The position numbers were made by a program, and so were the translations under genes. The notes below the pieces were generated by a model. It worked only from the letters and a program-made list of their open reading frames with translations. It was not told the origin of the DNA and ran no database searches. 64,000 bases of DNA. It comes from a bacterium. Lineage in GTDB: Bacteria > Patescibacteriota > Minisyncoccia > Phycocordibacterales > Phycocordibacteraceae. Below are positions 50,328 through 58,890 of this stretch, piece by piece. The DNA is taken from positions 896,260 to 960,259 of the forward strand of contig JBBCGK010000001.1 in assembly GCA_037200965.1 (NCBI GenBank), in the 5' to 3' direction. Position 1 is the stretch's first letter. Every line of letters starts with the position of its first letter.

Positions 50328-51773
50328 ATGAGCAATCAGGATACTACCACCGGTGGCCCTCCAAAGGATACTGGATGGGATGCCGCATGGTCTGGCGCGC
50401 GCGAGCGCCTCCGGAAAGAACTCGGCGATGCCACGTTCAACGCATGGATCGGCCCACTCAGGCTCGTCAGCGCCGATAGGGACAATATCCAGATCGGCGC
50501 GGCAAAGCCGTTCGCACGCAATTGGGTGGCCAACCATTACGTTACCCGCATCGACCGCGCGCTTCGGGCGGAAGGCAAAGCTCCCGACTCGCTCTCGATC
50601 GTGCTTTGCACCTCGGTACCGCCGCCGAACACCGGGGCGGTTACCAGCGGCACTCCGGTCGAGCTTCCTCCGTCAGCCTATCCGGCGTCAGCGCTCATGC
50701 GTAACGGCGAAAAGCCTGCGGCAGAGCCGAGAAACCTCTGGAACAGGCCGCTTCATCCGAGCCAGACCTTCGGCAGTTTCGTCGCGGGCTCGGAGAACGA
50801 GTTCGGATACCGCGCGGCGGAAAGCTTCGCGGATGGCAGCACCGAAAGCGGGCTGCTCTATATCCACGGCGGCTTCGGCTACGGCAAGACGCATCTTCTG
50901 AACGCGACCGCGCTCGAAGCGCGCAAACGCGGGAAGAGGGCGCTGTTTCTCGGCGCGGAGGATTTCATGCGCCAGTTCCTCGGTGCGCTGCACCGGCGGG
51001 ACACGCTTTCCTTCAAGGACGAGCTTCGGGCTGCCGACATGCTGCTGATCGACGATCTACAGCACATCTGCCGCTCGCACACGACCGTGTCGGAATTCCT
51101 CCATACCGTGAATGCCTTCGCCGATTCGCGCCGGAAACTCATCGTCGCTGCCGATCGCGCGCCGGCGGCCCTCGAAACGCTGAGCGCTGATGTCAGGTCG
51201 CGCCTTACGGGCGGCCTTACGATCGGGCTCGATAAGCCGGGCCGGGACACGCGTTTGGCGATTCTCAAGTCGCGCGCGAACGAGTTCACCCGCGCAAGGC
51301 CGCACGCGGTGCTTCCCGAAGAAGTGCTCGAGCGCATCGCCGATATGCCGGACGCGAGTCCGCGCGATCTCCTCGGCGTGTTCACGAAGCTTGCCACCTA
51401 CGCCGACCTCACCAAGAAGCCGGTCACGCTTGATGTCGCCGAAGAGGCCGTCGGCCAGCGCTCCGCGCCCGGCCGCAAGATCTCGATCGAGGACATCCAG
51501 CGCAAGACCGCCGAGTTCTACAAGCTCGACATCCGCGACTTCCAGTCGCCGCAGCGCACCCGCAGGGTGGCCCGGCCAAGGCAAGTGGCGATGTTCCTCG
51601 CGCGCGAGCTCACGATGCGTTCGCTTCCCGAAATCGGGCGGCGGTTCGGCGGGCGGGACCATACCACGGTCCTGCATGCCTGCCGTCGCATCGCGGAACT
51701 TTGCGAAGAAGACAGGGACTTCAAGGACGAAGTCGGGTTCCTTCGGGACATGCTTACGCGTCGCGGCCTTTAG
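50328..51773 (+). CDS. dnaA: Chromosomal replication initiator protein DnaA
   Basis: AAA+ core (GGFGYGKTHLL, LIDDLQH, sensor motifs). C-terminal domain IV HTH is RPRQVAMFLARELTMRSLPEIGRRFGGRDHTTVLHACRRI. Confidence 0.92.
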   Translation: MSNQDTTTGGPPKDTGWDAAWSGARERLRKELGDATFNAWIGPLRLVSADRDNIQIGAAKPFARNWVANHYVTRIDRALRAEGKAPDSLSIVLCTSVPPPNTGAVTSGTPVELPPSAYPASALMRNGEKPAAEPRNLWNRPLHPSQTFGSFVAGSENEFGYRAAESFADGSTESGLLYIHGGFGYGKTHLLNATALEARKRGKRALFLGAEDFMRQFLGALHRRDTLSFKDELRAADMLLIDDLQHICRSHTTVSEFLHTVNAFADSRRKLIVAADRAPAALETLSADVRSRLTGGLTIGLDKPGRDTRLAILKSRANEFTRARPHAVLPEEVLERIADMPDASPRDLLGVFTKLATYADLTKKPVTLDVAEEAVGQRSAPGRKISIEDIQRKTAEFYKLDIRDFQSPQRTRRVARPRQVAMFLARELTMRSLPEIGRRFGGRDHTTVLHACRRIAELCEEDRDFKDEVGFLRDMLTRRGL

Positions 51774-51790
51774 GCGCGACGCGGAGTTTC

Positions 51791-51824
51791 AAGGGCGGCG
51801 CGCTACGGCGGCCGCCCTTTTTTC
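51791..51824 (+). terminator. Intrinsic terminator downstream of dnaA
   Basis: Stem gggcggc/gccgccc with a GC-rich interior, then TTTTTT. Confidence 0.65.
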
Positions 51825-51910
51825 TAATCAACACGACTTTATTTCCCGTTAATATTTCTATGCTTTACTTATCCCGGACGAGTAGTTCGGATGTTCAAGG
51901 AGCAAGGACA

Positions 51911-52135
51911 ATGGCCTGGACACATGCAAGGAAGATGCAGCTCAAATCTCTCTGGACGGAAGGGCTTCCCGCGAGCAAGATCGCGAAGGAGCTTGGCATC
52001 ACGCGCAATGCCGTGATCGGCAAGGCGCACTATCTTGATCTCCCAAGGCGCGATGACCCTTCGCTGCCGCGCACCAAAAAACCGCCGCGCGCGACGGTGA
52101 AAATCGACCGCAGCAAGTCGACCTATCCAGTATAG
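51911..52135 (+). CDS. GcrA-like N-terminal DNA-binding domain protein (75 aa)
   Basis: AAGGAG RBS. MAWTHARKMQLKSLWTEGLPASKIAKELGITRNAVIGKAHYLDLPRR aligns closely with the Caulobacter GcrA N-terminus (MSWTDERVELLKKLWTDGLSASQIAKQLGGVTRNAVIGKVHRLGLSGR). Confidence 0.65.
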   Translation: MAWTHARKMQLKSLWTEGLPASKIAKELGITRNAVIGKAHYLDLPRRDDPSLPRTKKPPRATVKIDRSKSTYPV

Positions 52136-52159
52136 AAAGGACACGTCTTCTGCCGTTGC

Positions 52160-52199
52160 AAAATAAAACGGCCCGCAACACGCGGGCCGTTTTATTTTT
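52160..52199. terminator. Bidirectional intrinsic terminator between the gcrA-like gene (+) and the RRM protein gene (-)
   Basis: 12-bp perfect stem aaaacggcccgc/gcgggccgtttt, loop aacac, flanked by A-runs and T-runs. Confidence 0.7.
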
Positions 52200-52206
52200 G
52201 GAAATG

Positions 52207-52569
52207 TTAGTAGTTTCCGCCGGACGAGTAGCCTCCGCGGCCACCGCCGTATCCGCCACCGTTTCCTCCGCGGTTACCACCGCCGAAACCTCCGCGGTCG
52301 CCTCCTGCCGGGCGCTCGCCCTGCGGGCGCGCGAACGATACGGAGAGCGTGCGGCCGCCGAAGTCCTTGCCGTCCCAGCGGTCGATTGCCGCCTGGGCCT
52401 GCGCTTCATCCGCCATCTCGACGAAGCCGAAGCCGCGCGAGCGACCCGTCATGCGGTCGGAGATAATGCTGACCGACGTGACCGTGCCTGCTTCCTCGAA
52501 AGCGGCGCGGATTTCGTCTTCAGTTGATCGGTAGGGGAGACCTCCGATGTAGAGCTTATTTGTAGCCAT
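52207..52569 (-). CDS. Glycine-rich RNA-binding protein (RRM domain)
   Basis: RNP2 LYIGGL and RNP1 RGFGFVEM. C-terminal RGG/GGY-rich tail. Confidence 0.8.
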   Translation of the reverse strand: MATNKLYIGGLPYRSTEDEIRAAFEEAGTVTSVSIISDRMTGRSRGFGFVEMADEAQAQAAIDRWDGKDFGGRTLSVSFARPQGERPAGGDRGGFGGGNRGGNGGGYGGGRGGYSSGGNY

Positions 52570-52862
52570 GCTATGCGTTAACTGTATAAGCTCGCCGATA
52601 CCGAACACTTTCTGGCTCACGCCGCGAAGCTCTGGAAAACTGCGAGTTGCACCCAGTATGCTACACCCTTGCCCAAAGCGCAAGGGAGGTGTGTATAACG
52701 CCTATTGTACCGGATTCGCCGGAATCGTCCGGACATTCGTGATGATTCCGGGATCCCGAGTTGTCGCGTCGGACGCGATCGTCCTCATAAGGACGGTCGG
52801 GACAAGGAACGTGAGCATGCTGAGCCCGAGAAGGGCGACGAGGATTATGACGAATGTTTTCT

Positions 52863-53262
52863 TCATCGGCCGGATTGTAGCACGGGCCGGAGCTCGAGGG
52901 AATCCGCCGTAAGGCTGCCGTCGCTGTTTGCGGTTCCCGACACCGACACGTTCTCCCCGGCTGCCACATCAGCAAGGCTTCCCGGGGCGCTTTTGGCGAC
53001 CGTGGTCGAAGCGCTCGTAAGGACGATCCGGGTGCTTCCGTTCATCATCCGGATCGTGATGCTGCCCGCGTCCTTCGAAAGGACGGTACCGGAAACAAGG
53101 CCGCTTCGTCCGGCAAATCCGCCGCGCATGCCGCCCGCGAAATTCCCGGGAGCCATTCCTCCGCGCGCGGGCCCGTGCCCTCCCGCGTATGCGATACCCG
53201 AATAAAAGCCGATGCCAAGCGCGATAACCGCGATGCCGATACCGTAGAGTACGTTCTTCCGC
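52863..53262 (-). CDS. Hypothetical small secreted/membrane-anchored protein (133 aa)
   Basis: N-terminal TM (MRKNVLYGIGIAVIALGIGFYSGI) and a Gly-rich linker. A possible 54-aa sORF (MKKTFVIILVALLGLSMLTF..., 52703-52866) lies just downstream. Confidence 0.4.
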
Positions 53263-53312
53263 ATATGGTTTATAAAGCTGGTATGGGTACTACTACGCAT
53301 TCTTTCGGGTAC

Positions 53313-54545
53313 TCATTCATACCGGAGCGCGTCTATCGGATTGAGCGCTCCGGCGCGCCGGGCAGGGTAATACCCGAAGACGATGCCGATCCCCGCGGAA
53401 ACGCAAAACGCGAGGAGTACGGATGAAACCGATACGCTCGTCGAGACGAGCCCCGAATAATTGACGCCAATCGAGACGAGCCACCCGAGCGCCACGCTGA
53501 TGACGCCCCCGATGAAGGTGAGCGCGACGGCCTCGGCAAGGAACTGGATGTTAATGTCGCGGCGTTTCGCGCCAATGGCTTTGCGAAGCCCGATCTCCCG
53601 CGTGCGCTCGGTCACGGTCGTGAGCATCATGTTCATGATCCCGATGCCGCCCACAAGAAGCGAGATGCCAGCCACCGCGCCAAGGAGGATGGTGAATGTG
53701 CCGGTTATCGATGAGGCGGTCGAGAGGATATCCGCCTGGTTAAGCACGCTGAAATCGGCCATAGCCGGATCGCTTATCTTGTGCCGTTCGAGAAGGAGAG
53801 CAGTGATGTCCTGCTGCACCTGCGCCATCGTGTCCGCATCGGTCGCTTGCACGTCGATCGTCGTCAGATAATCGCTTCCGGAGAGATAGCGCGCGGCGCT
53901 CCCGGTCGGCACATAAACGATGTCATCGGCATTCGTGAACCCGCTCCCGCCTTTCGCAAGCGTGACCCCGATTATCTTGAACTGGATATTCTTGATGCGC
54001 ACGGTCTGCCCGACAGCGTCCTCGGGGAGAGCATCCTCGCCGAAGAGGTCGGTAAGCGCAGTCGGTCCGAGAACGGCGACCTTATCGCCCGAGTCGTTCT
54101 GGCTTTCGGAAATGAAGGAGCCTTGGCCGATTTCCACGTTCCTGATATCCGCATAGCTCGGACTCACGCCGTTGACCGTCGTGTTGGTATTCGTCCCTTT
54201 GGCCGTGACCTGATAGCGGCCGGAGATTTCCGTCGCTACGGACCGCACCGAATCCGCCTGCGCCGCTATCGCCGCCGCATCGTCTTTCGTGAGCGTTCGC
54301 GCCCCGCCGCGCCCTGCGCTCACCTGGAACCCCGGGCCCCGCTGCGCCCCCGGCGTTATGACAAGCAGGTTCGAACCGAGCGATTCGATGCTCGCCGTGA
54401 CCGAGTTCTTCGCTCCGGTGCCGATCGAGACGAGCGCGATGACGGACGCGATGCCGATGATGATGCCGAGCATCGTAAGGCCGCTTCGCGCTTTGTTGGC
54501 CGAAAGCGCGGTATAGGTCTCCTCGAAAAGATCGCGCGTGGTCAT
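53313..54545 (-). CDS. ABC transporter permease, MacB/FtsX family
   Basis: N-terminal TM, large periplasmic domain, then a C-terminal FtsX 3-TM bundle. Overlaps the upstream ATPase gene by 4 nt. Confidence 0.85.
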   Translation of the reverse strand: MTTRDLFEETYTALSANKARSGLTMLGIIIGIASVIALVSIGTGAKNSVTASIESLGSNLLVITPGAQRGPGFQVSAGRGGARTLTKDDAAAIAAQADSVRSVATEISGRYQVTAKGTNTNTTVNGVSPSYADIRNVEIGQGSFISESQNDSGDKVAVLGPTALTDLFGEDALPEDAVGQTVRIKNIQFKIIGVTLAKGGSGFTNADDIVYVPTGSAARYLSGSDYLTTIDVQATDADTMAQVQQDITALLLERHKISDPAMADFSVLNQADILSTASSITGTFTILLGAVAGISLLVGGIGIMNMMLTTVTERTREIGLRKAIGAKRRDINIQFLAEAVALTFIGGVISVALGWLVSIGVNYSGLVSTSVSVSSVLLAFCVSAGIGIVFGYYPARRAGALNPIDALRYE

Positions 54546-55249
54546 GGGTGCAGTATCAGTTTCTGCGCACGATTCTTCTCGTCGGAAACGATGCGTCCGT
54601 CGCGTATCGTGATGATGCGCCCGGCATGCTGCGCGACTTCCGGTTCGTGCGTGATGAGGACGATGGTTCGTCCGTGCTCGCGGTTGAGCTTCTGGAACGT
54701 GCCAAGGACCAGGAGGCCGGTCGCGGTGTCGAGATTTCCCGTCGGCTCGTCCGCGAGGATGAGCGCCGGGTCGTTCACGAGAGCCCTCGCTATCGCGACG
54801 CGCTGTATCTGCCCGCCCGAGAGCTGATTCGAGAGGTGGCCGAAATGCGACTCGGGGAGTCCCGCCGCAAGAAGCGCTTCTTTCGCACGCTTCCGCCGCT
54901 CGTCTTCGTTGACTCCCGCATAGACGAGCGGCAGCATCACGTTCCGCAGCACGCTCGTCCGCGCGAGCAGATTGAACGACTGGAAGACGAAGCCAATGCG
55001 ATCCTTGCGCACGTCCGCAAGCTCGTCGTCGTTCATTTTCGACACATCGCGCCCGTCGAGCACGTACGTGCCGCTCGTCGGCGTATCGAGGCAGCCGAGG
55101 ATATGCATCAGGGTCGATTTGCCGGAACCCGACGGACCCATGACTGCGACGAACTCTCCGGCGTCAATACCGAAACTCACGCCCCTAAGCGCCTCGAACA
55201 GGTTGTCGCCCTCGCCATAGGCTTTGGTGATGTTCGCGACCTCGATCAT
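54542..55249 (-). CDS. ABC transporter ATP-binding protein (MacB-type)
   Basis: Walker A GPSGSGKST, signature LSGGQIQRVAIARAL, Walker B ILADEPTGNLD. Confidence 0.9.
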   Translation of the reverse strand: MIEVANITKAYGEGDNLFEALRGVSFGIDAGEFVAVMGPSGSGKSTLMHILGCLDTPTSGTYVLDGRDVSKMNDDELADVRKDRIGFVFQSFNLLARTSVLRNVMLPLVYAGVNEDERRKRAKEALLAAGLPESHFGHLSNQLSGGQIQRVAIARALVNDPALILADEPTGNLDTATGLLVLGTFQKLNREHGRTIVLITHEPEVAQHAGRIITIRDGRIVSDEKNRAQKLILHP

Positions 55250-55250
55250 G

Positions 55251-56969
55251 CTAGAAGCCGCCGAAGCCCGCGCGCCGCGTCGCCCCCGAGGTTGCCGTGG
55301 TTTTCGCCGTCCCGTTGTTCGCGCGCACCACGACCTGGTCGCCTTCGCCAAGGCCCGAAAGAATCTGCGTGCTGGTATCGTCCGAGATGCCCGTTTCGAC
55401 GGGAACGTTCTTCGGCGCCGCCGGCGAGGGAGTGCCCGCGCTTCCGGTATTCGCTTCAGCGAGCGGGGGATCGAATACCTGCACGTAGCTTGCGCCGTTC
55501 ATAGTCTTTATGGCGCCCGAAGGCACCGAAAGCGCGTTTGGCGCGGTCGCGGTGATGATTGAGGCCGAGACGGTCATGCCCGGCTTCACGCGCTCGTCCC
55601 CCGCGTCGAGGCTTATGGTCACGCTATACGTCACGACGCCCTGGGAGACCGTGCCGACCGCGTCGATGCCGCTCACGGTACCCGTGAGCATGAGACCGTC
55701 TATCGCATCGAACGTGAGTGTCGCTTTTTGTCCGAGTTTAATCTTCGCTGCGTCGACCTCGTCAAGCGAAAGTACGGCGCTCTTTTCCTCGCCGATCATC
55801 GTGACGGCCGGGCTCCCTGCGGCGGTGCCCACCGTCGCGTCGAGCGCCGATACCGTCCCGGCGAAGGGCGCATAGAGGTAATAGTCCGCGAGGTTGTCCT
55901 TCGCGTCCTGCAGGGCGTTTTTCGCTTTCGTAAGCGAGAGTTCCGCCGACCGCACGGCAAGCGGTGTGCCGCTTCCGGAGAGCGTCGCGGTCGCGTTCTG
56001 AAGCGTCGTCAGCGCGGAAAGGGAGCTCGCGCTGTCGCCCTGGGCCTTGCCCGCATACGCGGCGGCCGAGGTGATCTGAGCGGCAAGACCCGCGGGAGGC
56101 GTAAGCAGGTTATGAGCGTCGACGGTCGACTGCACCAGGTTGAGAAACGCGAGCGTATCCTTGGCCGCCTGGTTCGCCGCTGAAGTGGCCTCGTTCGTGT
56201 GCTCCAGGAGCGCAAGAATGTCTTCGGCCGAAGAGTCGCGGTTCGCGGTCTGATACAGGCTGAAATACTTGTCATAAAGGTTTTTCGCTGCCCGGTATGA
56301 AGCCTCGGCCTTGTCGGCAGCCGCGCGCGCGGCAGGTTCGTTCTCTTCGATGAGATCTTCGTATGCGTTCGCATTCGTCCTGCCCCCGTATGTTGCCGTC
56401 CGTTCGTGGAGAATAGTATCGAGTCCGGAAAGGATGCCCGGCAGGTCGCTCCACGCCGTTGCGGCGCTATCGAAGCCGCTCCCGCGCGCGCTCGTGATGC
56501 TGTTCCCCGACGAGCTTATGGCCTGCTGGTATGAAATCTCGGCGCTCGCAAGGTTTGCCCCGGCGTCCCGTACCGACTTCTCCGCGGAGGTCGTATCGAG
56601 TTTCAGAAGGAGGGTTCCGGCCCCGACCTTCTGGCCCGCTTTAACTCCGACGTATGTAACGGTGCCCGAGCCCTCGGGCTTGAGCGCCGCTTCGGTCGTC
56701 GCGGATACTTGGCCGCTTCCGGTGACGGAAGAAACGATCGTCGACACCTTCGCATTCGCGGTCACATATGTCGTCGGAGCAGCGTTCGTCGCGAGCGCCG
56801 AATAGGCCCAATAGCCTGCGGCAAGAACCGCGATGATAATGATTCCTGTGATGGCGGTATGAGCCTTGGTATACGCAAGGGCGCGGGAGGGAAGCGAACG
56901 GGCGGAACCTGCGAGCGTGTCTATGGGCATGGCCGGGATATATGAGGATATTCCCTTAGTACGCGCCAC
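55251..56969 (-). CDS. Periplasmic adaptor (HlyD/MacA-like membrane fusion protein); start 56969 or 56930
   Basis: N-terminal TM, long coiled-coil/lipoyl/beta-barrel architecture. Forms an operon with the ABC genes. Confidence 0.8.
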   Translation of the reverse strand: MARTKGISSYIPAMPIDTLAGSARSLPSRALAYTKAHTAITGIIIIAVLAAGYWAYSALATNAAPTTYVTANAKVSTIVSSVTGSGQVSATTEAALKPEGSGTVTYVGVKAGQKVGAGTLLLKLDTTSAEKSVRDAGANLASAEISYQQAISSSGNSITSARGSGFDSAATAWSDLPGILSGLDTILHERTATYGGRTNANAYEDLIEENEPAARAAADKAEASYRAAKNLYDKYFSLYQTANRDSSAEDILALLEHTNEATSAANQAAKDTLAFLNLVQSTVDAHNLLTPPAGLAAQITSAAAYAGKAQGDSASSLSALTTLQNATATLSGSGTPLAVRSAELSLTKAKNALQDAKDNLADYYLYAPFAGTVSALDATVGTAAGSPAVTMIGEEKSAVLSLDEVDAAKIKLGQKATLTFDAIDGLMLTGTVSGIDAVGTVSQGVVTYSVTISLDAGDERVKPGMTVSASIITATAPNALSVPSGAIKTMNGASYVQVFDPPLAEANTGSAGTPSPAAPKNVPVETGISDDTSTQILSGLGEGDQVVVRANNGTAKTTATSGATRRAGFGGF

Positions 56970-56974
56970 ACCGT

Positions 56975-58085
56975 CATTTCATGCATTGTCTAATGTCTAT
57001 ATGGCTACTCTCAACCTCTAACTGCCCGCATATGATACCACGTATGTATACCCACCTAACGTTCGAGGAACGAGAATGCATTGGTCTTATGCGTGCAGCC
57101 TACTTCTGGCCAGTCGAAATCGCACGCGAGCTCAATCGCGATCCTAAAACCATCAGACGAGAGCTCAGACGCTCGAAACCGTTGTTTGAAGGATACCGAC
57201 CAAGCCGGGCACACAAAGATGCACGAAAGAAAAAGAAAATCCCGAGACGCGGGAAGAAGCTCAACTACGCGCCTCTTCAGCGTGTCGTGTATGCAAAGCT
57301 CCGGCTTCGCTGGAGCCCGGAGCAGATTGCGCAGTACTTGAAACAGCACTACGCTACAGATACTCGTATGCAAGTCTCCCACGAATCCATCTACACCTAT
57401 ATCTATGTGCTCCCGCGCGGGAGCCTCCGCAAGGAGCTTACGTCGTACCTGCGCCAGGGCGCCGAAGGGCGCAGGCGCAGGTATCGGGTGCACGACAGGC
57501 GAGGAAAGATACCCAATATGGTGAGTATTCACGAGCGCCCCAAAGAAACGGAAGACCGCTCAGTACCTGGACACTGGGAGAGCGACCTCATTATCGGCAA
57601 AGGACATCAATCAGCCATTGCGACCTTGGTGGAACGCACCACGCGCATGACCATTCTGGTGCCGCTCAGAGAAAAGACCGCTCCTGCGGTGCGCATGGCA
57701 CTTACGAAAACCGTGAAGAGCTTGCCCCGCGAAGCCTTCCGATCAATCACCCATGATCGCGGCAGCGAGATGGCTGAGCACGAACTCTTCACCAAAGAGA
57801 CCAGGGTGCAGGTGTATTTCGCTGATCCACAAAGCCCGTGGCAGCGTGGTACAAACGAAAATACCAATGGCCTTATTCGTCAGTATTTCCCCAAGGGAAC
57901 GGACTTCCGGCGGGTGCCAACTAAGTATTTGAAGCAAGCGCAGAAGCAGCTCAATACTCGGCCCAGAAAAGCTATCGGCTTCAAAACACCTGAAGAAGCA
58001 TTTGCGCTATTATTAAAGAAGCGGGCATTTAGAGTTTGAATTCAAGATGTCTCTCGATGGATTCCCAAGAGGCTTTAATTAAGAA
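56975..58085 (+). mobile_element. IS30-family insertion sequence (ends not resolved), low GC
   Basis: Single IS30-type transposase gene in an approximately 50% GC segment between the macA-like start and a convergent low-GC gene. Terminal inverted repeats could not be identified by eye. Confidence 0.45.
57044..58039 (+). CDS. IS30-family transposase
   Basis: N-terminal HTH (LTFEERECIGL...). DDE domain with HWESDLIIGKG, ITHDRGSEM and YFADPQSPWQRGTNENTNGLIRQYFPKGTD. Confidence 0.8.
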   Translation: MYTHLTFEERECIGLMRAAYFWPVEIARELNRDPKTIRRELRRSKPLFEGYRPSRAHKDARKKKKIPRRGKKLNYAPLQRVVYAKLRLRWSPEQIAQYLKQHYATDTRMQVSHESIYTYIYVLPRGSLRKELTSYLRQGAEGRRRRYRVHDRRGKIPNMVSIHERPKETEDRSVPGHWESDLIIGKGHQSAIATLVERTTRMTILVPLREKTAPAVRMALTKTVKSLPREAFRSITHDRGSEMAEHELFTKETRVQVYFADPQSPWQRGTNENTNGLIRQYFPKGTDFRRVPTKYLKQAQKQLNTRPRKAIGFKTPEEAFALLLKKRAFRV

Positions 58086-58117
58086 AACAGGCCGCTCAGG
58101 TATTCAAGCGGCCTGTT
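58078..58117 (-). terminator. Hairpin terminator after minus-strand gene 58117..58746 (also downstream of the IS30 transposase)
   Basis: 10-bp stem acaggccgct/agcggcctgt adjacent to the stop. TTTCTTAAT follows on the minus strand. Confidence 0.45.
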
Positions 58118-58746
58118 CAAGGTTTGCATTTAAGCGCTTCCGTATGGGAGATGATGTACTCCCGATAACCATTCGTTCCGTTGAGAGGACGCAGGCACAT
58201 GACGTAGCGGATCGCTCCTTCCGCTTTGTCCTTGTGCGCTTCTACGATCGAGGCGATCTCTGCCAAGCTCTTTCTCAAAGCACGGCGACATCTTCCGCCG
58301 TTGGTGCCTTGGTGCCGGGTAACCGTGCCTGCCTCGTGCGCCAGTATGGTCCTGCACGCATCCTGGATTTCGATCGTAGCTTGAAAGTACGGCAAGCCCG
58401 CGCTCGGTTTTTTTGTGTGCGGCTCGTTCGCGTACTTAGCAGTCCTCTTAAAGATGAATGTCAGGTACGCAGCCTTGGCTTTCCGCACTTGCCCGTGCGT
58501 CGGCGGGCGTATCCCGTCGGGAAGATGGTAGTCCTTTTCCCAAATCGAGATGAGGTGGGTCTGCTCCTTCGTTACGATCGCGATCTTCGCTTGCCTATCG
58601 AATGGCGAATAGAACAGGAGATATTCGTATTCTCCTTGAGAACCAAGCTTCACCGCGGCGTCCGACTCGATGAGAGTAAGGACGTCTTGGGGCAACATGG
58701 CAGTGCGGCCTTCGATGCACTCTCGCGCATGCCTGGTCAGTTTCAT
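58117..58746 (-). CDS. Hypothetical protein (209 aa), low GC
   Basis: Clean ORF, about 52% GC, no family recognised. Adjacent to IS30. Confidence 0.5.
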   Translation of the reverse strand: MKLTRHARECIEGRTAMLPQDVLTLIESDAAVKLGSQGEYEYLLFYSPFDRQAKIAIVTKEQTHLISIWEKDYHLPDGIRPPTHGQVRKAKAAYLTFIFKRTAKYANEPHTKKPSAGLPYFQATIEIQDACRTILAHEAGTVTRHQGTNGGRCRRALRKSLAEIASIVEAHKDKAEGAIRYVMCLRPLNGTNGYREYIISHTEALKCKP

Positions 58747-58890
58747 GTATGCCTCCGTTGGAAAAGTTCATATCCTGGCTAATCTATTTCCACCTATATC
58801 ATGCTTGTGGTAGCCGGGCAATATCTCTTTTTGTACGAGGCTAAGTAACCGAACCAGAGAGTAAGCCGCCGTCTTTTTCAGTTCCTAGAT

